A DNA stretch of 64,000 bases. Origin: an uncultured Acidimicrobiia bacterium. Its GTDB lineage: Bacteria; Actinomycetota; Acidimicrobiia; Acidimicrobiales; AC-14. Of this stretch, positions 40,129 to 50,518 are shown in pieces. Each line of letters opens with the position of its first letter. Positions within the stretch are counted from its first letter, which is position 1. The stretch lies in assembly GCA_963836205.1 (NCBI GenBank), contig CAWIIV010000020.1, positions 1 through 64,000 of the forward strand. Reading direction: 5' to 3'. The notes under the pieces were generated by a model, which was not told the origin of the DNA, ran no database searches, and saw only the letters and a list, made by a program, of their open reading frames with translations. A program made the translations under genes and the position numbers.

Positions 40129-41180
40129 GCCACCGCTCGGAGCGGGCGGGGGCCCACTGCGAACGCCGGCGCGCCGAGGAGGCTGACCACCAGGTTCATC
40201 CCGTACAGCAGCAGTCCGAGGGCGACGGCCTGGCCGGTGGCCACCCCGAGGGGAGCCAGCAGGAGCACCAGCGCCCCTTCCCGCAGCCCCAGCCCGTTCA
40301 CCGACAGGGGCAGGACCTGGGCGATGGCCACGATGGGCACGAATGCCATGGCCGCCGACCAGCCCATGTTGAGCCCCAGGGCGTGGCCCGCGGCCCATGC
40401 CGCCAGCACGATCGTGAGCTGGTAGGCCAGGGCCGCCACCAGCACCGACGCGGCCTGGCCCGGGTGCCGGCGCATGCGGTCGATCCCGAGGTGGACGGCG
40501 CCCAGGAATCCGAGCCAGTTGGCGTGCCCCGCCAGGCGGGCCCCGAGCCGGGCGTTGCCCGCCACCAGGAGGATCACGGCCAGCACGGCCAGGGTGCCGA
40601 GGGACAGGCCCAAGGCCAGATGGCTGGCGGTGCCCAGGTGGAGGAGGCTGGGGTTGCCGACGAGGGCGACCAGCGTGATGAAGGGCAGGACCACGAAGCC
40701 GGTGAGGCGCTCCAGCACCACCGAGGCGAACGACTCGGGGGGATGCCCGTTGCCGGCCGACAGCCGGGTGACCCGCAGGACGTCGCCACCCACCGTGCTG
40801 GGCAGGAAGTTGGAGACGAAGACCCCGGCCAGCACGTGGTTGAGGAGGGTGTGCAGGTCGGACGGCAGGTCGAGGGCCCGCAGGACCCGCTGCCACCGGA
40901 GGGTGGCCAGGATCACGGCGCCGAACGTGACCGCCACGCCGGTGAGCACCCAGGTCCAACTCGACAGCTCGTCGATGGGGTTGAGCACCGACAGGTCGAA
41001 CCGGGTGAGGAGGAACCCGAGCATGGTGACGCTCGCCGCCACCCGCAGGCCGAGAAAGATGCGGGCCCGCTTGACCGATTTGGGTCGACCAGGGACAGGC
41101 GGGACGGCCTCGGGGTCGGCGACGCCCCGCTCGAGGGACCCTTCACCCGCGCCGAGGCTTCTTCCCGACCGGCCGCTCAT
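40125..41180 (-). CDS. Lysylphosphatidylglycerol synthase TM-domain (UPF0104, flippase-like) protein
   Basis: LRWQ, FLPSTVGGDVLR, LPLSVNGLGLREG. Confidence 0.88.
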   Translation of the reverse strand: MSGRSGRSLGAGEGSLERGVADPEAVPPVPGRPKSVKRARIFLGLRVAASVTMLGFLLTRFDLSVLNPIDELSSWTWVLTGVAVTFGAVILATLRWQRVLRALDLPSDLHTLLNHVLAGVFVSNFLPSTVGGDVLRVTRLSAGNGHPPESFASVVLERLTGFVVLPFITLVALVGNPSLLHLGTASHLALGLSLGTLAVLAVILLVAGNARLGARLAGHANWLGFLGAVHLGIDRMRRHPGQAASVLVAALAYQLTIVLAAWAAGHALGLNMGWSAAMAFVPIVAIAQVLPLSVNGLGLREGALVLLLAPLGVATGQAVALGLLLYGMNLVVSLLGAPAFAVGPRPLRAVA

Positions 41181-41289
41181 CCCTTAAGCCTACGCACTGG
41201 ACAGGGGAAATGTTCCCGATACGGTGCCGCCGCCGGTGGGGGCGACCGGGCTGCCGACTAGCGCGGCCCACGCCGTACCATGGCCAACC

Positions 41290-42729
41290 ATGCCGACCGA
41301 CGATCCGATGCTCGACGAGGCCGTGGTCCAGCGGGTGCTGGGGGTGGCGCTGCGCACCGGTGGCGACTTCGCCGAGGTCTTCGCCGAGGACCGGCGGTCG
41401 TCGTCCGCCCGCCTCGACGACGGCAAGGTGGAAGAGCTCACATCCGGCCGTAGTCGTGGGGCCGGCATCCGGGTGGTGGTGGGCGACACCACTGGCTTCG
41501 CTCACACGTCCGACCTCAGCGAGTCCGGCCTCGCCGCCGCCGCCCAGGTGGCGTCGGCCGCAGCCCGGGGCGGTGGAGGCGGCGTGCGGGAGGTCGCGCT
41601 CACCCGATCCGAGCACGGACGCCGCCAGTCCGATGCCGAGATCCTGCCCCAGGACGTCCCCAAGGCCGACAAGGTCGAGCTCCTCCGTCGGGCCGACGAT
41701 GCCGCCCGGTCCGAGGGCAGCCGGTCCGAGGGCGGCCGCTCCGAGGGGGGCGGCGTCCGCCAGGTGGGCGTGTCCTACGGCGACAGCCGACGACGGATCA
41801 TGGTGGCCAACAGCGACGGCCTCCTGGCGGGCGACGACCAGGTGCGCACCCGGTTCATGGTCTCGGCCGTGGCGGCCGGCGACAGCGGCATGCAGACCGG
41901 CTACGAGGGCCCCGGCGGCACCGTCGGCTTCGAGTTCTACGACGGGGTCGACGTGGCCGAGGTGGCCCGCACCGCCGCCCGCCGGGCGCTCGACATGCTC
42001 AAGGCCCGACCCGCGCCGAGTGGACGACTGCCGGTCGTCTTGAAGCGGGGCGCCGGCGGCGTGCTGTTCCACGAGGCGTGCGGCCACGGCCTGGAGGCCG
42101 ACCTTGTCGGTCGCGATGCCTCCGTGTTCCGGGGCCAGGTGGGCACCATGGTCGCCAGTCCCCTCGTCACCCTGGTCGACGACGGCACCTACGCCAAGGA
42201 GTGGGGCACCTACGCCATCGACGACGAGGGCCACCCCGCCCGCCGCAACACCCTCATCGAGAACGGCCGGCTCACCGACTACATGTGGGACCTGCTGCGG
42301 GCCCGCAAGGAGGGCCGGGAGTCGTCGGGCAACGGCCGCCGCCAGAGCTACCAGCACCTGCCGATGGTGCGGATGACCAACACCTACGTGCTGGCCGGGG
42401 AGGACGATCCCGAGGAGATCATCCGCCAGACGCCGCACGGCATCTACTGCGTGCAGCTGGGCGGGGGGTCGGTCAACACCGCCACCGGCGACTTCGTGTT
42501 CGGGATGACCGAGGCCTACATGATCGAGAACGGCGAGGTCACCGAGCCTGTCCGGGCGGCCAACCTCATCGGCAACGGCCCCGACGTCCTCCGCTCGATC
42601 GACGCGGTGGGCAACGACTTCGACACCTGGGCCGGCACCTGCGGCAAGGACGGCCAGGGGGTGCCGGTGTCGGCCGGCCAGCCCACGCTGCGAGTCTCGG
42701 GCATGACCGTCGGCGGGACGGCCAAGTGA
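41290..42729 (+). CDS. tldD: TldD metalloprotease
   Basis: FHEACGHGLEAD, DDEG, GNGRR, RMTNT, CGKDGQ. Confidence 0.95.
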   Translation: MPTDDPMLDEAVVQRVLGVALRTGGDFAEVFAEDRRSSSARLDDGKVEELTSGRSRGAGIRVVVGDTTGFAHTSDLSESGLAAAAQVASAAARGGGGGVREVALTRSEHGRRQSDAEILPQDVPKADKVELLRRADDAARSEGSRSEGGRSEGGGVRQVGVSYGDSRRRIMVANSDGLLAGDDQVRTRFMVSAVAAGDSGMQTGYEGPGGTVGFEFYDGVDVAEVARTAARRALDMLKARPAPSGRLPVVLKRGAGGVLFHEACGHGLEADLVGRDASVFRGQVGTMVASPLVTLVDDGTYAKEWGTYAIDDEGHPARRNTLIENGRLTDYMWDLLRARKEGRESSGNGRRQSYQHLPMVRMTNTYVLAGEDDPEEIIRQTPHGIYCVQLGGGSVNTATGDFVFGMTEAYMIENGEVTEPVRAANLIGNGPDVLRSIDAVGNDFDTWAGTCGKDGQGVPVSAGQPTLRVSGMTVGGTAK

Positions 42730-44085
42730 CTGCGGCATCAGGTTCGGGACTGCTCGAACTGGCAGAGCGGGTGGTGGCCGGCGCCCGGCCGGGCGAGCAG
42801 GTGGAGGCCTACGTCGGCCGGTCGTCCCGAACCGAGGTCAAGATCTTCGACGGTAAGGTGGAGTCGCTGTCGTCGGCCGATACCGCCGGCATCGGCGTGC
42901 GGGTGGTGGTCGACGGCCGCCAGGGGTTCGCCTACGCCGGCTCGCTCGACGAGTCGGTCATGGCCGAGGTGCTGGCCGAGGCCCGCGACAACGCCTCCTT
43001 CGGCACGGTCGACGAGTTCCTCGGCCTGGTCGCGCCCGACGGGGTGGCCGCCGCCGACCTCGACCTGTTCCGGGAGGACCTGGCCGACTTCCCCACCGAC
43101 CGCAAGGTGCAGCTGGCCCTCGACGTCGACCGGGCCACCCGCTCCGCCGACTCCCGCATCCGGGGCCTGGAGAGCGCGGGCTACGGCGACTCGTCCTCCG
43201 GCGTCGGCCATCGCGTCCACCGAGGGCATCCGGGTCACCGGCCGGCGCACGAACTGCTCGGTGTGGGCCGAGGCCCTGGCCGGCGAGGGCACCGAGACCC
43301 AGACCGGTTACGGCTACTCCGTCGGCCGCAGCCCCGGCGACCTCGACCTGGCCAAGGCCGCCGAGCAGGCCGCCGACCGGGCCACCCGCCTGCTCGGCGC
43401 CCGCAAGCCCGCGTCCCGGCGGCTGACGGTGATCTTCGACCCCAAGGTCACGGCGTCGTTCCTGGGCGTGCTGTCGTCGACCCTGAGCGCCGAGTCCGCC
43501 ATCAAGGGCCGGTCGCTGTTCGCCGGCCGCGACGGCGAGGCGGTGGCGGTCGACCTCATCACCCTGGTCGACGACCCCACCGAGCCCGAGGCCTACGGCG
43601 CCTCCCGGTTCGACGCCGAGGGCCTGGCCAGCCGGCGCAACCTCCTGATCGACGGCGGGGTCCTGGCCGGGTTCCTGCACAACTCCTACACCGGCCGCCG
43701 CACCGGACGGGCGTCGAACGCGGCCGCGGTGCGGGGCGGCTACATGACCGGCCCCGGCGTCGGCAGCCGGGCGTTGACGCTGACGCCGGGCGACAAGTCG
43801 GCCGACGAGCTGCTGGCGGAAACCGGCGAGGGCCTGCTGGTGCAGTCGGTGAGCGGGCTGCACTCGGGCGTCAACCCCGTGAGCGGCGACTTCTCCGTGG
43901 GCGTCGAGGGGCTCATGGTGCGGGGCGGCGAGCGGGCCGAGCCGGTGCGGGAGGCCACCATCGCATCGACCCTCCAACGGATGCTGCACGACGTGGTGGC
44001 CGTCGGCGGCGACCGCGAGTGGCTGCCCGGCGGCGCCGCAGGCGTCACCCTCGTCATCCGCGACGTCACCCTGAGCGGGTCGTAG
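42726..44085 (+). CDS. pmbA: TldE/PmbA subunit; frameshift near 43200
   Basis: GTGA overlap with tldD; GIGVRV..DGRQG, then FDAEG, SGDFSVG and EATIAS in a second frame. Confidence 0.88.
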
Positions 44086-44095
44086 CCCCGGGCGG

Positions 44096-44539
44096 GTGCC
44101 GAACCGTCACCTGGCGCAGTTCAACGTCGCCCGGCTCCAGGGAGCCGCTCGACGAGGCGGTGTGGCGGGAGTTCCTCGACGGGCTCGACCGGGCCAACCG
44201 GCTGGCCGAGGTGAGCCCCGGGTTCGTGTGGCGGCTGGTCGTCCCCGAGGGCCACGTCGTGCGGGACGGGATGTTCGCCAACCTGTCGGTGTGGGAGTCG
44301 TACGAGGCCCTCCACGCCTTCGTCTACCGGAGCGACCACGGCTCCTTCACCCGGCGGCGTCGGCGCTGGTTCGAGCCGGTCGCGGGCCCGACGACGGTGC
44401 TGTGGTGGGTGCCGGAGGGCGAGCAGCCGACGCTGGAGCAAGCCCAGGTCCGGCTCGACCACCTCCGCGGCCACGGTCCGACGGCGCGGGCGTTCTCCCT
44501 GCTCCACCAGTTCGACGCCGACGGGCAGCGCCCGGCCTA
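44096..44539 (+). CDS. DUF3291 family protein (frameshifted; 3' end uncertain)
   Basis: HLAQFNVAR, then in another frame SPGFVWRL, NLSVWES, LWWVP, HGPT..AF. Confidence 0.75.
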
Positions 44540-44890
44540 CGCCACGAGGCAGAACTCGTGGCCTTCGGGATCGAGCATGACCTGGAACCGGCCCTGCTCG
44601 TCCTTGATGACGGGACCCGTGGCGGTAGCCCCGAGGGCGACACACCGTTCGGTGGCGTCGGCGATGTCGGCCACCTCGACGTCGAGGTGGAGCCGGTTCT
44701 TGCCCTGCTTTGGCTCGGGCACCCGCTGGAACGCGATCCGGAGGCCGCCCGAGGGGTCGCTCACGATGACCCAGTCGGGCGTGCGGACGAAGACCTCGCG
44801 GCCGAGCACCGCGGCCCAGAAGGTGGCCAGTCGGTTGGGGTCGAGACAGTCGACCACCAGCTCGTCGATGGTGCCGACGGGGCCGTCCAT
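44537..44890 (-). CDS. VOC family protein (Glyoxalase_6)
   Basis: LATFWAAVLG, FQRVPEPKQGKNRLHLD, DPEGHEFC. Confidence 0.9.
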   Translation of the reverse strand: MDGPVGTIDELVVDCLDPNRLATFWAAVLGREVFVRTPDWVIVSDPSGGLRIAFQRVPEPKQGKNRLHLDVEVADIADATERCVALGATATGPVIKDEQGRFQVMLDPEGHEFCLVA

Positions 44891-44924
44891 CGGGTCAAGA
44901 GTAGGCCGCTAGCGTCAGGCGGTC

Positions 44925-45794
44925 GTGCTCCTCGCCGCCTCGCCAGACACCATCCCCGTCCTCCATGCCATCGTGCTCGGGATCGTGCAGGGGCTGTCGG
45001 AGTTCCTCCCCATCTCGTCCAGCGGGCACCTCATCCTCGTCCCCTGGTTGTTCGGCTGGACGGAGCTGACCGGCTCGGCCAACGCCGACTTCAACCGCAC
45101 CTTCGACGTGGCCCTGCACCTGGGAACCTTCGTGGGAGCGGCGGCCTACTTCCGGGCCGACCTGGTGCGGTTGGCGGGCGCGGCGTGGACGTCGCTGCGG
45201 ACCCGCCGGGTGGACGGGCCCGACCAGCGGATGGCGTGGCTGCTGGCCCTGTCGGCCCTCCCTGGGGCGACCGTCGGCGCTGTGCTGGAGACGACCATCG
45301 GCGACTCGCTCGGCAGCCAGATCTGGCTCATCGCGGTGTTGCTGATCGTGTTCGGGCTGGTCCTGCTGGTGGCCGACCGTCTGCCCGGGGACCGGGGCGA
45401 GCAAGAGTTCGGTTTTCGGGACGCGGCCGTGATGGGGCTGTGCCAGGCCGGGGCCCTCGTGCCGGGCGTGTCGCGGTCGGGGATCACCATCACGTCGGGG
45501 CGCTTCCTCGGCTTCCAACGGGACGCCGCCGCCCGCCTCTCCTTCCTCATGAGCCTGCCCATCATCGCCGGTGCCGGCCTCTATCAAGGGGCCAAGGTGG
45601 TCGCCGGTGGCGGCTTGCCCGCGGGGTCGCTGCCCGCCTTCGCCTGGGGGATGCTGGCGTCGGGAGTCACGGGCGCGCTGGCGGTGTGGCTGGTGCTGCG
45701 GGTGGTGCGGACGCAGTCGTTCGCCCCCTTCGTCATCTACCGGGTGATGGCGGGCCTGGTGGTGCTGGGCCTGCTGGCGACGAACTTCCGCTGA
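44925..45794 (+). CDS. uppP: Undecaprenyl-diphosphatase
   Basis: GIVQGLSEFLPISSSGH, PGVSRSGIT. Confidence 0.95.
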   Translation: MLLAASPDTIPVLHAIVLGIVQGLSEFLPISSSGHLILVPWLFGWTELTGSANADFNRTFDVALHLGTFVGAAAYFRADLVRLAGAAWTSLRTRRVDGPDQRMAWLLALSALPGATVGAVLETTIGDSLGSQIWLIAVLLIVFGLVLLVADRLPGDRGEQEFGFRDAAVMGLCQAGALVPGVSRSGITITSGRFLGFQRDAAARLSFLMSLPIIAGAGLYQGAKVVAGGGLPAGSLPAFAWGMLASGVTGALAVWLVLRVVRTQSFAPFVIYRVMAGLVVLGLLATNFR

Positions 45795-46434
45795 CGCCCG
45801 GGTCGGGGGCCTCGGGCGCGGCCAACGCCAGGGTGACAACCCCGCTGGCCAGGGCGAACGCGACCCGGGCGGCTTCGTCAGGGGACACCGCCACCGCCGC
45901 CGACTCGTCCCCCACGTCGACCACGACCGCGTCGGTGGCCACGGGGAACGTGGGCGGGGTGCCCTCGGCCGCGTCGGCCAGGTCGAAGGTGGCGAGCACG
46001 TCGACCGCGTCGCCCCGGACGAGAGCGAGGCTGGGCCGGGCGTTGGGCACCGCCACCGCCCGGCTCCCCGGCGGAAGGAGGGCGGCGAGCCCCCGCCGGC
46101 CGTCGGGCGCGAGCTGGCCGGCCACGATGGGCAGCCCTGGAAACACGGGGGCGACGACGGTGCGCCCTCGGGCGTCGTCGGGGGACATAAGCGCCCCGTC
46201 GGCCACCAGGGAGGCGGGGACGAGTCGGACGGACACGTCGTCGTCGCCAACCACCGAGCCCGGCTCGAGGGCGTGCACCGCCACCACCACCGGCCGGAGC
46301 GGCCCGTACTGGGCGGCGAGGGCGCCGGCGTTGCCCACGATCCGCGCCGCCACCATCCCGGTGAACAAGGCGAGCACGCCGACGACCAGCCAATAGGCAA
46401 TCGGAGAACGGGTGATACGAACGGACCGCCACAC
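45733..46434 (-). CDS. SAF-domain / RcpC-CpaB-like protein
   Basis: TM helix, PVVVAVHALEPG, LPPGSRAVAV, GDAVDVLAT; start uncertain. Confidence 0.75.
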   Translation of the reverse strand: MWRSVRITRSPIAYWLVVGVLALFTGMVAARIVGNAGALAAQYGPLRPVVVAVHALEPGSVVGDDDVSVRLVPASLVADGALMSPDDARGRTVVAPVFPGLPIVAGQLAPDGRRGLAALLPPGSRAVAVPNARPSLALVRGDAVDVLATFDLADAAEGTPPTFPVATDAVVVDVGDESAAVAVSPDEAARVAFALASGVVTLALAAPEAPDPGVSGSSSPAGPAPPGPPSPGR

Positions 46435-46766
46435 GGCCAACCTCCTCGACGGAACCCAAACGGGAGGAGGAAGTGGCGCCGAGAATATCGCGGCCGAGGG
46501 GGCGGGGGGGCCGGGCCCGGCGGCGGTGGCGGGGGGCGGCGCGGCTCGGCAGCGGGTAGCGGCGTGGTCGGCGAAGCGGAGTGGCTCGGCGGGGTGGCGG
46601 CGGGTGGCCGGGTGGCGGGGTGGCAAGAGATTAAGGGCATGCGTCGGCTGCTCCGGCGCACGATCTCCCGTCGCCCGCCGCGATCACCGAGCGAGCCAGT
46701 CTTGGACGAGCGCGAAACCTCATCGTCGCCACCATCGGCCGCGCCGGAGTCAAGCTTGCCACCGCG

Positions 46767-47909
46767 TCACCCCGGCTCCGCTCTCGGTGGTGACGTGGCC
46801 CGGACCATGCCGGTGGCGTCGGTGACCTCGAAGGTGGCGTCGGGCAGGAGCTTGGCCTGCCAGTCGGGTTGGTGGAGGCGGTGGTGATGGCGGCTGCACA
46901 GCAGAACGAGGTTGTTCATCTCCGTCGGCCCGCCGTGGGTGACCCAGCGCACGTGATGGGCCTCGCACCACGACGAGGGACGGTCGCAGCCCGGGAAGCG
47001 GCATCCCTCGTCCCGGATGACCAGTGCGCTCCACAGGGTGGCGGGGATGGTCCTCGTCGACGTGCCGTAGTCGAGGACGGCCGAGCGGCCCCTGGTCAGG
47101 ACCCGGTGCAGGTTGGAGTCGCACAGCATCGTCGACAGGGTCGGCCCGTCGAGTCCGGGACCGCCGATGACCCGTCCGCCCCGGCCCTCCTGGAGGGCGT
47201 CGAGGTCGACGACCACGTTGAGATGGGGACGGTGGCGACCTGCGGGGATGGACTGCTGGTGGTCGAGGAAGAACCGGCTCACGGCCACGAGGGCGTCGGC
47301 CCGGCGCTGGGCCGGGCTGAGCCCGGGATCGTTCACCGTGGCCAGGCGCAGGGCGGTGGCCACCACCGCCCCGCCCTCGGCGTCGAGATGGCCCTCGATG
47401 ACGTGGCGGCCGTCCAACGTCGCCGACAGGTGCAGGCTGCGCTCGGGCTCGGCTGAGTCCTTGGCTTCCTCGACCTGTTCCTTCCAGGCGGCCATGGCCC
47501 GGGCACAGCCGGCCAGGGTCAACGGGGCCAGGTAGGGAACCAGCTCGGACTCGGCCCCGGCGAAGGCGTCGATGGTGGAATCGTCCAGCTTGGCCACGAT
47601 CACCTCGACCTGGCCCTTGGCCAATTCCCGTTGCGCGAGGGCAGCGGCGCATACCGGCAGCTTCCGCAGCCGGCCGGCGAGCGATACCAGGCCATGAGCC
47701 GACCTCGAGGTCATGGAGGCCTTGTCCCGCAGCCAGGCCGTCATCGACGTGGCCCCGTCCAGGTCCCACAAACCGGCGGCGTCGAAGTCGCCCACGGCCT
47801 CGGCGATGCGGGCGTCGAGGAGATCCCGCAGGGCCAGCAGCTGCGCCAACGCAGCACCCTCGGTCGGCACCCGCAGCTTCTCGATCGCCTCGGCCAGGTC
47901 CTCCAGCAC
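46767..47909 (-). CDS. DUF222 (13E12-like) HNH endonuclease
   Basis: QRRADAL, RD.GCRFPGC, CEAHH, NLVLLCSRHH. Confidence 0.92.
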   Translation of the reverse strand: MLEDLAEAIEKLRVPTEGAALAQLLALRDLLDARIAEAVGDFDAAGLWDLDGATSMTAWLRDKASMTSRSAHGLVSLAGRLRKLPVCAAALAQRELAKGQVEVIVAKLDDSTIDAFAGAESELVPYLAPLTLAGCARAMAAWKEQVEEAKDSAEPERSLHLSATLDGRHVIEGHLDAEGGAVVATALRLATVNDPGLSPAQRRADALVAVSRFFLDHQQSIPAGRHRPHLNVVVDLDALQEGRGGRVIGGPGLDGPTLSTMLCDSNLHRVLTRGRSAVLDYGTSTRTIPATLWSALVIRDEGCRFPGCDRPSSWCEAHHVRWVTHGGPTEMNNLVLLCSRHHHRLHQPDWQAKLLPDATFEVTDATGMVRATSPPRAEPG

Positions 47910-47916
47910 GGTCTCA

Positions 47917-47932
47917 TCGTACTAGTGTTCGA
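47917..47932 (-). promoter_or_regulatory. LexA SOS box TCGAAC-ACTA-GTACGA
   Basis: One mismatch to the actinobacterial consensus TCGAAC-N4-GTTCGA, directly upstream of the DUF222-HNH start. Confidence 0.75.
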
Positions 47933-48060
47933 TCAATAGCGCAAGTCGCTAACTGGTAAATGGGGCAGCGGTTTGGCCTTCTATGACTCCGATGTTTTCG
48001 ACCTCGTCATCCGCAATCGGCGGAGCAGTGTCGACGCGAGCCCTGCCGTCCTTGGCCCCT

Positions 48061-48402
48061 CTACTGCCTTCCTCGGTGCGGTCGCCGTCGTCGGCACGAG
48101 AAGACCATGAGCTCGCTGCACTCGACACCCCGATCGACCAGCTCCTGACGGGCGGCGGCGGCGGCGGCGTCGGCGACCACCAGTTGCAGGCCCCGCATCG
48201 AGCCGGCCGCCATCTCCCGTTGCGATGGCAGGTCGCCGAACACGATCGAGCAGGCCGAGCCTCGAGGCGTCAACTGGGTGACATGCATGTGCTCGTTGGT
48301 GGTCTCGTGATCGAGGTCGAAGCCGACCTGGTAGCGGTAGAAGGCGATCGAGGCGGCGATGTCGCTCACCGGGAGGACGACGACTTCCAGGGTCCAATCC
48401 AC
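48061..48402 (-). pseudogene. VOC/glyoxalase, C-terminally degenerate
   Basis: LEVVVLPVSDI..., QLTPRGSACSI, GLQLVV; lacks the terminal DPDGN motif. Confidence 0.6.
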
Positions 48403-48658
48403 GATCCTCGTCCTCCGCCTCAGGTGGTGACTGGCCGGTAGTTGCAGAGGTGCACCCCGGTGGTGGTTGTCGTGGTGGACACCAGCTCGAGCCTCCGGAC
48501 CAGCCCGTCGTCGGGGAAGAGTCGCTTACCGCCACCGAGCAACACCGGCTCGATCATCAACCGGTACTCGTCGACGAGTTCGTGTCGGATGAGTTGCGAG
48601 GCGAGATTGCTGCTCCCCATCACCTGGATGTCACCGCCCGGCTCCGCCCGGATTTTCC

Positions 48659-50071
48659 CCCTCTTCGCGAAAGCTGGTGACGGCCTCTCGTGAAGGGGCG
48701 CCGGTGCCGTAGCCGGTATCCACCATCTGGGCCACCGGGCCTCCTGAACTGGTCAGTGACGAAGCTGATCGAACAAGGAGGCCTGGTGGCTGCCCTCGAC
48801 GCTATGACGATCCGCCTGCACCTGCGCGCGGTGCGTGTACTGGAGGTGGTGGAGGACCTGCCCGAGTCCCTGGTGGTGGCGGTGGTGGCCATCGCCAACG
48901 TGATCCGCTGCTCGGCCTGCGGGCACAAGACGGCCCGGGTGCATGCCACCCGCAAGGTCCGCATCGCCGACCTGGCCGTGTCGGGACGGCCCGTCACCCT
49001 GGTCTGGCACCGCCGCCGGTTCCGGTGCAAGAACTGTCGCACGACGACGACGGAGAGCCATCCGTTCTTCGTCGACCGCATGACCAGGCGACTGGCCCGG
49101 GCGGTGGTGGCCGACGCCAAGGACATGACCGTTTCCGCCGTGGCCCGCCGCCACGGACTGTCCTGGCACCGGGTGATGCGCCTGGTGCTGGCCGAGGGCG
49201 AGCTGCTGGCCCGGGCTCGACGGCGTCGTCCGTGCCGGGTGCTGCTGGTCGACGAGAAGTCGATGCGCAAGGGCCGGGGCCAGTTCTCCACCATCCTCAC
49301 CGACGGCGACCGGGGCGCCGTCATCGCCGTGCTCAAGGGCCGCTCGGCGGATGTGCTGGGGGGCTTCCTCGCAGCTCAGAGCCCATCTTGGCGAGGGGGC
49401 GTGTCGGTGGTGGTGACCGACATGGCCGAGTGCTACCGGGTTGCGGTGCGCAAGCACCTGCCCCACGCCCGCCACGTGGCGGATCGGTTCCATGTCGTGC
49501 GCGGCTTCGCCAAGGTGCTGGTCAGCGCCCGCCGGGACGCCCAGCGCAGCCCCCTCGGCCAGCCGCATGACGCCGAGGTGTTCCGGGCCCGGTTCCTGCT
49601 GATGAAGCGGCTCGACCGACTCAGCGGCGAGGAGATGGCCCGCCTGGGCGCACTCTTCGACGCCCATCCCGAGCTCGGCGTGGTGTGGGGCCTGGTGCAG
49701 AGATTTCACGTCGTGTTCTGCGCCGAGAACGACGCCGACGCCGAGCAAGCGCTGGACTGGTTCACCGACGCCTACCTGGCCGCGGGAATCAACCTGGGAT
49801 CGGCCATCACCACGTTCTGCCGCTGGGGGGTCGAGGCGCTCAACTTCCACAAGACCGACCGGGCCACCAACGGAGCCTCGGAGGGGGTGAACACCCGCAT
49901 CGAGGTGCTGGAGCGAATGGCGTACGGGTTCGCCTCCAGAGCCAACTACCGAGCCCGGGTGCTTCTGTTCTGCTCCGGTCACCCGCCAGCGCTGGCGAGC
50001 TGAGGCCGGGATCGCCGATGATGACGGGGAAGCCATTCAGGCGGCGCGATCACCAGGTTTCGCGAAGAACC
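48659..50071 (+). mobile_element. ISL3-family insertion sequence, 1413 bp, 8-bp TSD GATTTTCC
   Basis: IRs ccCTCTTCGCGAAAGCTGGTGA / GGTTCTTCGCGAAACCTGGTGA (reverse complement of right end); TSD at 48651-48658 and 50072-50079. Confidence 0.93.
48786..50003 (+). CDS. ISL3-family transposase
   Basis: CxxC zinc finger, VDE, TDM, ADRFHVV, TNGASEGVN, AYGF. Confidence 0.95.
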   Translation: MAALDAMTIRLHLRAVRVLEVVEDLPESLVVAVVAIANVIRCSACGHKTARVHATRKVRIADLAVSGRPVTLVWHRRRFRCKNCRTTTTESHPFFVDRMTRRLARAVVADAKDMTVSAVARRHGLSWHRVMRLVLAEGELLARARRRRPCRVLLVDEKSMRKGRGQFSTILTDGDRGAVIAVLKGRSADVLGGFLAAQSPSWRGGVSVVVTDMAECYRVAVRKHLPHARHVADRFHVVRGFAKVLVSARRDAQRSPLGQPHDAEVFRARFLLMKRLDRLSGEEMARLGALFDAHPELGVVWGLVQRFHVVFCAENDADAEQALDWFTDAYLAAGINLGSAITTFCRWGVEALNFHKTDRATNGASEGVNTRIEVLERMAYGFASRANYRARVLLFCSGHPPALAS

Positions 50072-50518
50072 GATTTTCCGCACCGCGCCGATGACGTCAT
50101 CCGGGGGGAGCAGCGTCGAGCTCGTCCAGTGGAGGTCGTCCTGGGTCAACGTCCGGGAGGCGACGTACTTGGGAATCTCGTTCATACGATCGGCGAAAGG
50201 ATCTCCCGCTCGGCGCGGCCACGCGGCCGCCATCGTCTGCCAGGTGCGGCGGCCGAACAGCAGCGCGACGGTGCCGTCCATCACCTCCTGCAGCACCGGA
50301 CCCATCGTCTCCGCCTCGAAGAACCGCATCGACCAGCCACCGTGGGCGAACCCGCCGTCGGGGTCCTCCTTGCGGCCTCCGGGCGCCTGCACGACCCCGT
50401 CGAGGCTCATGAAGTCACTGAGGATGATGCGCATGTCACTCCTTGCCCGTCGTGGTGACTACCTGCACCGGATCAGCGCCCCGAACTCATCGCCGTTCCC
50501 GTTGGCTCGCCCGGCGCT

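Larger units (their letters stand above)
48420..50434 (-). pseudogene. Dihydrofolate reductase/RibD-C family gene interrupted by ISL3
   Basis: 5' part MSLDGVVQAPG...GAVRKI and 3' part RAEPGGDIQVMGS...LVDEYRL...LGGGKRLF rejoin in frame when the IS plus one TSD copy is removed. Confidence 0.92.

Noticed and set aside
41707-41751. RSEG(S/G) x3 insertion in TldD
   Set aside because: Small in-frame 15-bp duplication, probably in a loop; likely neutral
41290-44085. TldD/E as part of a RiPP cluster
   Set aside because: No precursor, YcaO or other modifying enzyme adjacent; ordinary housekeeping pair
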